Program-made: the position numbers and the translations under genes
In this document: one piece after another, positions 1 to 9,781 of the stretch
Position numbering within the stretch: the first letter of the stretch is position 1
Layout of the letters: each line of letters starts with the position of its first letter
Notes under the pieces: generated by a model
Databases searched by the model: none
Told to the model about the DNA's origin: nothing
The model's input: only the letters and a program-made list of their open reading frames with translations
NCBI RefSeq assembly: GCF_020745735.1
Contig: NC_083448.1
Span: 20,458,006-20,522,005 of the forward strand
Direction of reading: 5' to 3'
Source of the DNA: Hemiscyllium ocellatum
Taxonomy: Eukaryota
Length of the DNA: 64,000 nt

Positions 1-54
1 TAAGTCTCTGAAGCTAACCTTCCTTGGAATGTCTTTGTTTCTTGTCCCCTGCAG

Positions 55-182
55 TATTTTGCTGACTTGAGGAACAGTATTGTGAACAGCCAGCCTCCAG
101 AGAAGCAACAAGCCATGCACCTCTGCTTTGAGAATCTGATGGAAGGGATTGAGCGGAACCTGTTGACCAAAAACAGAGACAG
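55..182 (+). CDS. XPO7: XPO7 penultimate coding exon
   Basis: [42 protein letters not shown](R); 128 nt, AG/GT flanked. Confidence 0.93.
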
Positions 183-1450
183 GTAACCTTTGATAAATCT
201 GTCATACCGGACGGTGTTTGTGCTCCCTCAAATTGCAGGCTCCTTTTCTGTTAACCACAAAGAGAAAATCAGCTACTGTCAGCCTGTTGCCCCCTGGATA
301 GGTCAAGGGACCAGGAAAATGCAAAGCTTTTACCAGAATGGCCTGAGGTATATCGTTAATCGGGAGAAACTGAGAGAGCTAGTGCTGCAGCCAAGGTTCA
401 CAGGGAATGGAATAATTGACTGTGTTTGGTCAATATTCAGAAAGATGCTGCTGCTGCTGCTGCTGCTGCTACGAGAATTAAGCCAGAAGCTGTGGCTTGT
501 TCTCAGTTTAAGATGTTTGAAATGGTTCCAATATAATCGACGGTAACAATATTAATCTGCCTCAAAGCCGATACAGGAATGTGGCATCAGTTGCACAGTC
601 CAGATAAAAGAATTGATATCCTGTGGTTAGCTTCCCTCCTCCCCAAAATGTCTGTCTCACCGAGGTGAATGCAGGACAAGAGGCTAAATAGCATATCAGC
701 ACACGGGGGCGGCAGGGTCCACCTTCTAAAGCATGTACTACAGCAATATAACAGCCTCTTGCAAACCTCTGACCTTTACCGTCCGTAAAGGCTGCAGTCA
801 CAACTCTGTCAGACCACTTCCCTCCTTCTTCATCCGAGTGTCAAAATGCTGGCCATTCTGGCATTGTTAACAACACCTTCACTTCATCATCTGGGAAGGT
901 TCAAGAATCTGGAATGCCTAACAGGGTTGTAGAAATACAATGAGTAATAACTTGGGAAAGGCATGACATGTCACAACAGTGAGGAAAGATCAGGCTGGTC
1001 GATGTACTGGTTCCCTCTTTCAGCGAGCCAGCACTGGTAAAATGAGCCAAATGCCTTGGGCTGTTCAACATGCCAACTTGTCAAAGGACCATAAATGCTC
1101 CTTTCATCTGTGATACCATAATCCCACGGATTGTTTTGTGAGTGTTGTGTAAAGATGAGCATATTTTCCAGCAATACTCAAGTAGGGTAAATGTGTTACT
1201 TGCGTTGTGTGAGATGTTTTATCATTGAGATATGCTGTGATGCTGCCAATTTACAGTAACTCAGACTGTGAACATGGGAGAGTATTGCAGGTTGTGTGTT
1301 GAGGGGGATATGGAAGCATCGGTCCATGTTAACTTGCTGTTGCTTTTGTTGTTTAGATTCACCCAGAACTTGTCAGTGTTTCGGAGGGAAGTGAATGACT
1401 CGATGAAGAATTCCACATATGGTGTCAACAGCAGCGACATGATGAGCTGA
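55..1450 (+). CDS. XPO7: Exportin-7, last two coding exons (55-182, 1357-1450); gene begins upstream of the window
   Basis: Spliced translation [73 protein letters not shown] is nearly identical to the recalled human XPO7 C-terminus. Boundaries are cag|TAT, AG|gtaacc and ttag|A, and the phases match. Confidence 0.95.
446..469 (+). repeat. (CTG)n microsatellite in the last XPO7 intron
   Basis: About 8 units. Confidence 0.85.
1357..1450 (+). CDS. XPO7: XPO7 terminal coding exon
   Basis: [30 protein letters not shown] then TGA; pyrimidine-rich acceptor ends at 1356. Confidence 0.93.
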
Positions 1451-1783
1451 CACCTATCTGTATCGCATTTCCCACTTGGTTGGACGGGGTCACTGGGGGA
1501 GGGATGTGCATCATTGACGTTACACAGGTGGGGAGGGGGTGGAGGATTGAGGTCAGAGTTAAGTCGGACAGCTCGCAGGGGTTGAAGGTGAATGGGCAGT
1601 GCCCACTTGCCCTCCCCTCCCTCGATTCCCCTGGCATTGGACTGCAGGACTTGTCACCAACCCTCCCTTTAGAAAACCGAACCCTGACAGCGAGTGCCTT
1701 TGTGCTCTCGCTCCCTCATCTGCCTTGTATAAACTTGTACATTTTTTTCTTAAGACATTTTGAACAATGTTTATATGAAATCA

Positions 1784-1789
1784 ATTAAA
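1784..1789 (+). terminator. Candidate XPO7 polyadenylation signal (ATTAAA)
   Basis: ATTAAA about 330 nt after the stop, at the end of an AU-rich 3'UTR-like tract. Confidence 0.45.
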
Positions 1790-2138
1790 AGAGAGAGAGA
1801 GAGAAACAAAAGAGTTGTGATTGAAATTTTTAGAGTTGGGAGCATGATGCTGAGAGACTTGGCTGGTATCAGGTAGATGGGGTGGAATGTGTGTGGGAGT
1901 TTGGTTAGATACAGAGCTCTGCAACATCAAGTCTGAAACTGTACAAATAAGGACTGAAGCTAAACGTACCACCTCATGTGGATTTCACTCCCAACTGTCC
2001 ATATTTTTCAAACAATTGTTCCACTAGTGATTAGGGAATTTCTGTAGAAAAAGTAACAGATCCTGTTGCTGCTAATTATGTGTTGAGCACAGCTCATTTA
2101 TATTCACAAAGGAACAGAAAACCAATGGATTATATATT

Positions 2139-2144
2139 TTTATT
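2139..2144 (-). terminator. Candidate PBDC1 polyadenylation signal (AATAAA on minus strand)
   Basis: TTTATT on the plus strand, about 870 nt past the PBDC1 stop. Confidence 0.35.
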
Positions 2145-3009
2145 GTTCCTTTCCACTGAATGTTCTGACTAAACATTTCCGAATCACTGCGTGATCAGGT
2201 AGGTTGGTATGTAAGAATGTTTGCTGCATCTAGTGTAAGCATTGTGACTGCGAATAAACTGTCAATGGTTTGTACAGAAAGGTGTCTCCCGTGCTTCAAC
2301 TACGCAGCAGGAAAGCAGCTGCCTCAAGGAGTGGGCAAGTTGCTCTTGATATCCCAACACTGCTCCCTCCTATCCTTCCCTGTCACCAAACCCCTCCCCT
2401 TCCCCCAAACAAAACTGCTCAATTTGCTGCTTCTCCCATTTGTTTTACCTCATGTCGTCGAATTTTCAGAGGGGTTTGGATTACATGGATAGTATTACCC
2501 AAAAGCAACTGATTAAATACATCAAGCCATCCTCCCCTCTCTTTGCTTCTTCACCCAATACTCTTTGTCTTCCCCCAGCTTTCAATTCTTCTCCCTGTCC
2601 TCCCTGCCATTTCCACCCTCAGTCCTTGTTTTTCTAGTGTGTATAGTGATATAAATAATCATGTGGTGTCTCTCAATCTGTGTTCATCTGCCTCTTTGCA
2701 TTCCACGGGATGCCTTTGCCATGTTTGGCATCAGAGAGAGGTTTGAAGCTGATTAAATAGGCTTTGCAAAACCTGTAACCGGACCATGTTTGATAAAACT
2801 CGGCAACATAGAACCATTCTGGGATAAAGAGTCTTAAGACAGAGTTGTCCGTATTTGTCCAGGTGCCTCCAAGAGCACTTGTGTCTGGTTTTATACTGAA
2901 GCTTTCACACATGGAGCTCTGGCTTAAATTCTGTGACCTGGAGCAGTCTCACTTCTTGACAAGCAGTAGAATATGATGCAGCCACTCCAGTGTGTGTCCC
3001 TCTAATCTG

Positions 3010-3203
3010 CTATGAATGTGCAGCGTTTTCTTCCCCAGCTAACCCTGCTGGCTGGGCCAGTGGTTCTTCTTGCTCAGTGGAGACTTCAGTCACCTTGTCA
3101 GCAGCATGAGCAGTCTTGGCTTTTGTTGATCTCTCATAGACCATGGTGTTGTAGCCCTCGCGATTCCGGGCTATTTCAATGGCGAAGAATTGGATCCTGG
3201 TAG
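3010..3203 (-). CDS. PBDC1: PBDC1 terminal coding exon
   Basis: (A)TRIQFFAIEIARNREGYNTMVYERSTK...NAAHS then TAG. Confidence 0.92.
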
Positions 3204-6200
3204 CTGAGTGGGGAAAGATGGAATCAGAAAAGCACATAAGAGATCCATAACAAACCGTATTCGCATGTACTCTTTTTTTTATTTGCAATTCCCTTCCCCC
3301 TCCCCCATTTCCCTTCCGTGCCTCCCTCCATTTTGCTTCCCCTCTGTCACCCCTAACCGAATATCGTGTTTTCCTCCACGTAATCTTTTGAGCAGTCCAG
3401 CCGCAGAAGCGTGCCGTAGTTGAAGTCTTCGACCAGTGTTTCAAACTGCAGGCAGAATGGGCGCCATTGCTGCAAGAGGAGAGAACGGAGATTCAATGAG
3501 GCAAAAGTCCCACAAGCAGTCAGGAACATGGCTACAAGAACACCAAATTAAAAGGAACTCACTTGTTTGGCCGCGTCTGACTTCAACTTGGCTGGATCCA
3601 GTACGTCGATTTTCAAGTCCCTGAACTGCTTCCTGAACTCTGTGTAAATTTGATCGTCTTCTCTGGTCAGTTTCAGAAATGTTGGGTCAACTGAACAAAT
3701 GAGCTTTGAAAGGAAACAGAGGTACCGCGAATCACAAAGAGTGGTTTATGTACTCATGGCAATAATGTGAAATAAAAGAAATAAACTTCCCACTGTTGTC
3801 AGATTGGGCTTTCCCAAATACTGAGACACTCCCAGGGAGCACTTGCAGTTGTGACACAGATCTGGACCCTTTTACTACTTTATTCATTTGAGAGATAGAA
3901 TCCCTACACTGCGGAAACAGGCTCTTCGGCCCAACAACTCCACACCGACCCTCTGAAGTGAAAGCCACCCACACCTATTCCCCTACATTTTCCCTGACTC
4001 ATGTATCCACAGTCAAGTCATGGTCTGTTTTGATTTGAGACTTGCACAGACTCCCTCGGACCTGTGATCACATCTCAGGATTCTCCTTAAGAATTGATGC
4101 ATCCTGAAATTTCTTGGCATGTACAGCAGAGATGGGTATATTCCAACTCAAAAACCTGTTAATATTGCCATTAGAATGCTGAAAATGGTGATAAAAAGCC
4201 AAAAATACCCTGACTTTCACAGTCAAATGGAAAATGGACCTTTGTGGAGATCCCTTGTGAATGTTGACATTTACAAAGGATGCACACCCTGCCTAGAAAA
4301 TGGTTACATCCCTCCTCCTGTCTCACGGTGACTGACAATGTATTTGTAGGAACAATTTCCACGTTCCCAACATCACTGCTAAAAAGAGGTATATGACCTG
4401 GGTCTGTTACTGACATCAATGAAGGAATGGTCCAAGTACTTCAGTATTTCTCAGGGCACAGTAATATTGATCCATTCTCTGGGTTCCATGTTTTTGGTGA
4501 TAAATGAGCCTTTCTCCTGTTACCACCATACTCAGCATGATTCCGTACGAACGGTCCGAATCCCAAACAGATTGGGTTTCCCCGACATTGGGTACAGACC
4601 TGGGTCAGGCAGTGGAACGTGGTGCCGTTTTGCTCCATGTGGGAATTATGTCAACTGGCAATCCAAGGTTTATTTCAACTAATGTTGGTTCTACCTTTCA
4701 AACAATTGCTACCTTGCTTTTAACAAGGTCGGTATGTTTCTGAAACTGCATTGGCAACACATTGGATCTATGCATTTGTCAACCTTGCAGGAAGGTTATT
4801 GTGGGTTCAGGAACCTTTTGGCCGAGTAAATTGACAAGCTCTTGCCAATTTCATTATTCATTACCTTGGGGTGACTATCCAATTGTATTTCATCATGATG
4901 TGTTCATGGCCATCAGAGGACTTTATCTAATGGATGAAGTGCTCTTCTGTATCACAAAGATGGAAATTCTCTTTACTGTGTCATCATGACCCTGTCCTTA
5001 CTTTTACATTGATTCCTCATCCATGTAGAATCAAATAAAAGCCTTTAAACAAGAATATAGCAAAAAGAAATTTGTACTTACATTGAAATAAATCTCAGCA
5101 TGTTGATAAGCTTTCATAGCCCATATCATTTCAAGGTTCGGCTGTAAAACAATGGGCAGAATTACGTAACACTAAATTCTGGGTGGGGGGGGGGGCGTTG
5201 TTTAATAAAAACTGGCAATACACAGAGGTAAGGTCAACTTACTGTCTGCATTTTTAACACATACAGCAGAGTGTTGTGCTGGACTTAATTGGAACATTTC
5301 AGAGTGGTTCAAAGGGATTTGGATCGTTTCCTTGAGAGGCTGGTGTAGCCAGGTTCAATTTCCCAAGGCAAGTGCACCAGCAAACCTATGCAGAACAGGA
5401 AAGGAATGCACAGGGCAGTGGGCCTTGTTTAGTTCCTCCCTTGCAGAAATGATGGCCAGTTATGCTCACTGTTCTATGATTCTGTAATCCCACATCAGCT
5501 TGCTTCCTGAGAAGACTTTTTTTTTTAAACATGAAGGACACAAGATGTTGTTCCCATTTTGAAGCAGGTCTGTCTGCCTTGAACCTATGTCCTCACATGG
5601 TCCAAGGTAGAAGCTTTGCTTTTCGAGCTATTGTGTTCACTTACGCCTGTCTCTCAGTTCTCATTCCAACTGTCTGTTGTGATGTTGAAAAACTTTCCTC
5701 ACAGACCAACCATTAGAATGATCACTGATGTGTTTGAAATCTATGTCCTGATGTCTGTACTCTGGGAGAAAACGTTCTGTGTTCAACATACATTCAGTAA
5801 CCACCTCCTTAGTTTCTGACCAAACTGTTTCAGCTCAATGACCTTCCAGCAGTTTGAAGCAAAGATCTTCAATCTGAAAAGTTAACTTGATCTCTCTCCA
5901 CACTAGATGCTCCATGACCTGCCCTTTCTTGTCTGCATTTTTTAATTCTAATCCTGAGAAAATCAGTTCAATCCCCTGTCTGCATCTATTCAGGCAAACA
6001 TTCTTTTTGGAAGGAAAGTCCAGCACTGAGACTCTGGAATGATAGTGCCACCTTTTGCTGTTGTCCTGCAAACTCTTTGATCTCTGGCAGACTGAGAAAG
6101 AAATTGAGTACGATGAACAACACCTGTCAGGCAGGTCCACTTTAAAGAGGAAAGTTTTTACCCTTTCCTCAAACATAAAGTTGTCTACAAGTAAAGAGTT

Positions 6201-8825
6201 TGTTGATACAGCAAAGTTCATCAGGACATGTATAAAAACTTGCACAGTTTGATCCACCTCACTCAAACAGCTAGTTATAAGAGACTTCCACTTCACACTG
6301 ATCCTTCCACCTCAGTCTCGAACTACTTCAAGTACTGTTACAATATGTTGCTTGTGGAAAAACGATGACTCGTGACATTGACCAATAATTGCTGCTCATG
6401 ATTTTGTTGTGTGACTTGGGGATGTGAAAATGTAAGCCAGCTGTCCAGGAGCTTTGACAGTCACCTGGATCAAGATTGGGAGGTTGTACTCACCAGTTCA
6501 CCCATTCCACTCATCCCTCTAGCAGTGACACACATTGGCTGCAGCGTGTACCATCTACAAGATGTACTGCAGCAACTGGCCCAGATTCCTTTGGTTTTTC
6601 CCACACCCACAACCTTTCCCACCGCGACGGACAAGGGCAGTGAATAGATGGGCACACCCCCACCTTCACCTCACTCACCAACCTGCTTGGGAAATATGTC
6701 ACTGTGTCTTCAGTGTTGGTGGCTTTAAGTCCTGGAGTAAATCTTGTGTTTGTACCTTTCCCAGTCAGACAGCTGCTTTGAGAGACTGACTCACCACCAC
6801 ACGAGGACTCCATGAAATGGGCATTGACCACACGTGCCAGGAATGAAAAACTAGAACAGATTTTGATATAGTGGGCTTGTCAACTGGATAACAGCTGACA
6901 ACAATCAGGAACTGAAATCCTACCAGAAACGGGAGGACAAGGATAATGCAGGACATAACCATTTTTGAGGATTGATGACTGTGTCATGGAGGGAATTGTC
7001 TCGCAATATTCATTCCAATTCAAGAATACAGACACCAGAATCAAATACTCACATCATTTAGGTAAGAATCTGCTGGCTGGGAAAGGCTTTGGGCCACAGA
7101 CATCAACTCACCAGCATTCTGACAGGAGATAGAAACAAGAGGCAGTGATCAGTTTGTGGTAGCAGGTCCGATCTTAATCCTTACCAGACAACAACTTCCA
7201 ACATCATTCTTCAGAGCAAAAGCAAATACCCTATACATGACTCGATTATCGCCCAGATTCTGAGATACTAACAGAATTCATCAGCAATTAAAATATCAAA
7301 ATGCTCAGTTCAATACTTGGACACACACAGGTTAGTCACAATTTCAATAGAATAAGTTTGTGTTTGTAACTCTGGGTCAGCTTCCATTGCCTCAAGATAG
7401 CCCACGCAGTTGAACACCAGTTAAATATTTTGGCTAAGTAATAACTCCGAGGAACTGATGCAGGAACTCCAATTTGTACAACTTCCAAACAGGAATTAGA
7501 TCAGTGCTTATTTGGTTGAATGTAGTATTGGCGGCAGAGTCGGTACTGGTCAGCCAATAGTTATCTGGGTCCTCGTGGGAAACTGCCCGAGGATCTCGGA
7601 CAAGGGCTTGGATCTTCGTTTCTCGTTGAAATACCAATAATGTGGCAAATTTGATAGATCAAAGAATGAAAAGACAAGCAAGGTAGTGAGATCAGCATTC
7701 ATATGAGTCACACAGCATGGAAACACACTCTTTGGACCAATCAGTTCAAGCTGACCATAATCACGAGAACATAAGAAATAGGAGCAGGAGTCAGCCATCT
7801 AGCCCAAGGAACCCATTGTACCATTCAATAAGATCATGGCTGATCTTTTCAGGGCCTCAGCTCCACTTACCCACCCTCTCCTTAATTCCTTTACTGAAAA
7901 GAATCCCAAATTGCAAAAGACTTACAACTCTGTCAGATTCCTGCAGTCCTCCAATATTGACCTGTATTCCCCTGTGGCTATTGCCTTCAAACACAAACAG
8001 CCCAAGATCTAAAATTTCTTCCAGGAAGCTCTCCTTTAAGAACCTTGTAAAACCTTTTGCCTCTGACTCCACTTTCGGTCACTTGTCCTCATAGTTCTCG
8101 ATGGGGTTCAACACCACACGAGTTGAATGGAGGTTCCTGGAGAGGCATGTGGCCTGTAGGACGGCCAGAGAAGTGGTCAGGGTAAGGTGAGGCGGGTAAA
8201 GAGGTGCCACATGCAGTGGAGAAGACTCTGCAATGATAATAATTCAACCCGGCAGGTCCGGGGAGTGATCACCTCCATTCCTGACCCAACCCGTGCTTGA
8301 GAAATTCCGCAGCAAGAGAGACAGTTTACCAGAAGCAGCTTTGGTTTGAGAAATATTCTGTCGCAAAAACATTCACGGGCAAGGCCGGGGGAGGGGGGGG
8401 TCAATCTGTGCACAGCAAGATCCCACGTCGTGACCGCGAGGAAAGGACCTGATCTGAAACACTGGGCAGTGATCCCCCGCCGGAGCAGGCTGTTTCACAT
8501 CAGCTTAGAAACAGGGGTCTAAGTGAGGGGAGACCCACAGACTCGGGGTGGGGGCAAAGTTTAAAATTTGAAGCCATTTGTAACCTATCAGACCCTATAT
8601 CCTGGTACTGTGCTGTTTTTAACTTGCTGCTTCCCCCCCCCCCCCCCCCGCAGCCCAACCCTGGCACCTCCACGTGAAGTGTGGGTGTGGGCAGGAGTGC
8701 ACAGACCCAGACAGAAGAGATGGGGGGTGTGAGTGAGAGAGAGAGAGGAGCAGGAATACCACCCTTTGGGAAAGCAGGAGACAAAAGGGGCCAAGAGGAC
8801 TCACCAGAGATCCTAGACCTGCCAT
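3010..8825 (-). CDS. PBDC1: Polysaccharide biosynthesis domain-containing protein 1 (CXorf26 homolog); 6 coding exons, 197 aa
   Basis: Exons 8825-8805, 7118-7053, 5141-5082, 3703-3563, 3469-3358 and 3203-3010 total 594 nt. They translate as MAGLGSL/NAGELMSVAQSLSQPADSYLND/PNLEMIWAMKAYQHAEIYFN/LICSVDPTFLKLTREDDQIYTEFRKQFRDLKIDVLDPAKLKSDAAKQ/QWRPFCLQFETLVEDFNYGTLLRLDCSKDYVEENTIF/ATRIQFFAIEIARNREGYN...*, matching recalled PBDC1 motifs (WRPFC, EDFNYGTLLRLD, RIQFFAIEIARNREGYN). Confidence 0.93.
3358..3469 (-). CDS. PBDC1: PBDC1 coding exon 5
   Basis: QWRPFCLQFETLVEDFNYGTLLRLDCSKDYVEENTIF; cag/gttagg. Confidence 0.93.
3563..3703 (-). CDS. PBDC1: PBDC1 coding exon 4
   Basis: LICSVDPTFLKLTREDDQIYTEFRKQF...KSDAAKQ; aag/gtgagt. 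Confidence 0.92.
5082..5141 (-). CDS. PBDC1: PBDC1 coding exon 3
   Basis: PNLEMIWAMKAYQHAEIYFN; cag/gtaagt. Confidence 0.9.
7053..7118 (-). CDS. PBDC1: PBDC1 coding exon 2
   Basis: NAGELMSVAQSLSQPADSYLND; cag/gtgagt. Confidence 0.88.
8805..8825 (-). CDS. PBDC1: PBDC1 coding exon 1 (MAGLGSL)
   Basis: agcATGG Kozak context, donor CTG|gtgagt, phase 0 fits the next exon. Confidence 0.75.
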
Positions 8826-9245
8826 GCTGCTGCTGCTGCTGCTCTCCTCAGGCAAAGGTCAAAGGTCAACCCCCCCAAAAAAACATTAAAAATAAATCAG
8901 CAACCTGTTTAAACCCAGCAGCCACACAGAGACAAGCTGCAGTGGGTCATGGATTTCCCGGAAGCAGCCCCCTGCCTGGGTTTGTATCAGTTTGTGTCGG
9001 GGGGTGAAAGGTCAAATGTTGCCTTTTTGTCCCTTTGTTACATGTTTGTTGCCAGGCGGCGGATGTAACCATTTGCAGCTTGCAGCCTCCCGCTGCCCCT
9101 CGCTGCCCCTCCTGCCCGGCTGCATTTACATTCCCTTCGCAAAAAACAAAAAATAAATTTATTTTTGGGCTGGTTTTCATTTCCCGTGGTGCTCCGGCGG
9201 GTCCCGGATGTCTCTGAGCTGAGGGTGAAAGAGAGGAAGGTGTTG
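8826..9245. promoter_or_regulatory. Bidirectional (head-to-head) promoter region shared by PBDC1 and the beta-TrCP-like gene
   Basis: Divergent ATGs at 8825 (-) and 9734 (+). The region is GC-rich with retained CpGs and contains a perfect DR1 AGGTCAaAGGTCA at 8856-8868 and TTCCCGGAAG (ETS/STAT-like) at 8955-8964. Confidence 0.65.
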
Positions 9246-9733
9246 GTAAGGGGGGGTGGTGATTAAAAAGAAAGTGAGCAGGAAATCCCAACCCTCCCCA
9301 GCAGCAGCAGCAGCAAGAGTAATATACCCCCCCCACACACACACACACAGAGAGAGAGGGGGGCAAAGGGACCGACAGGCGGCTGGGAGACCCAGCAAAT
9401 CCACTCCCACTCCCACACACACACACCTCCCCAGCCAGGCAAACCTCCTGGAGGCCCTTCCAGCCCCACAGCCTGCTCTCCCCTCACTCTGCAGCTTCCC
9501 AGATGAGGCTGAAGGACTGAGCAAGGGGGGGTGGCTGTACCCCCAACCCCAACCCCAGTCAGGCCATTCCTCTCGTCTCGAACCTCGGAAGAAGCTGGGA
9601 AGGGATTCTCTCGTTCATGAGGGAGAGGCTGTGCCCCTTCCTCCTTTTGCTGTTTCCCAGAAGGAACTCTATTCCAACCAGAGTCCCCATCCCCACCCCC
9701 CACCCCTCGCTCTTGTTCTTTCTGAGATTGTGA

Positions 9734-9781
9734 ATGATGGACTCTGACTCCATTCTGCATGACAAGATAGTGGAATACATG
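9734..9781 (+). CDS. beta-TrCP-like coding exon 1 ([16 protein letters not shown])
   Basis: Resembles FBXW11 MEPDSVIEDKTIELM and BTRC MDPAEAVLQEKALKFM; donor ATG|gtaagc. Confidence 0.85.

Noticed and set aside
4050-7720. Coding-looking stretches in PBDC1 introns (ORFs 4171-4989, 5835-6296, 6765-6962, 7434-7637)
   Set aside because: I recognise no family motif, the frames are short and the splice signals are unconvincing. They may be an old mobile or viral relic; BLASTX would be needed.
8619-9760. Overlapping 70-165 aa ORFs around the shared promoter
   Set aside because: Low-complexity GC-rich promoter/UTR sequence, mostly with non-ATG starts. Only MAGLGSL (-) and MMDSDS (+) are supported.
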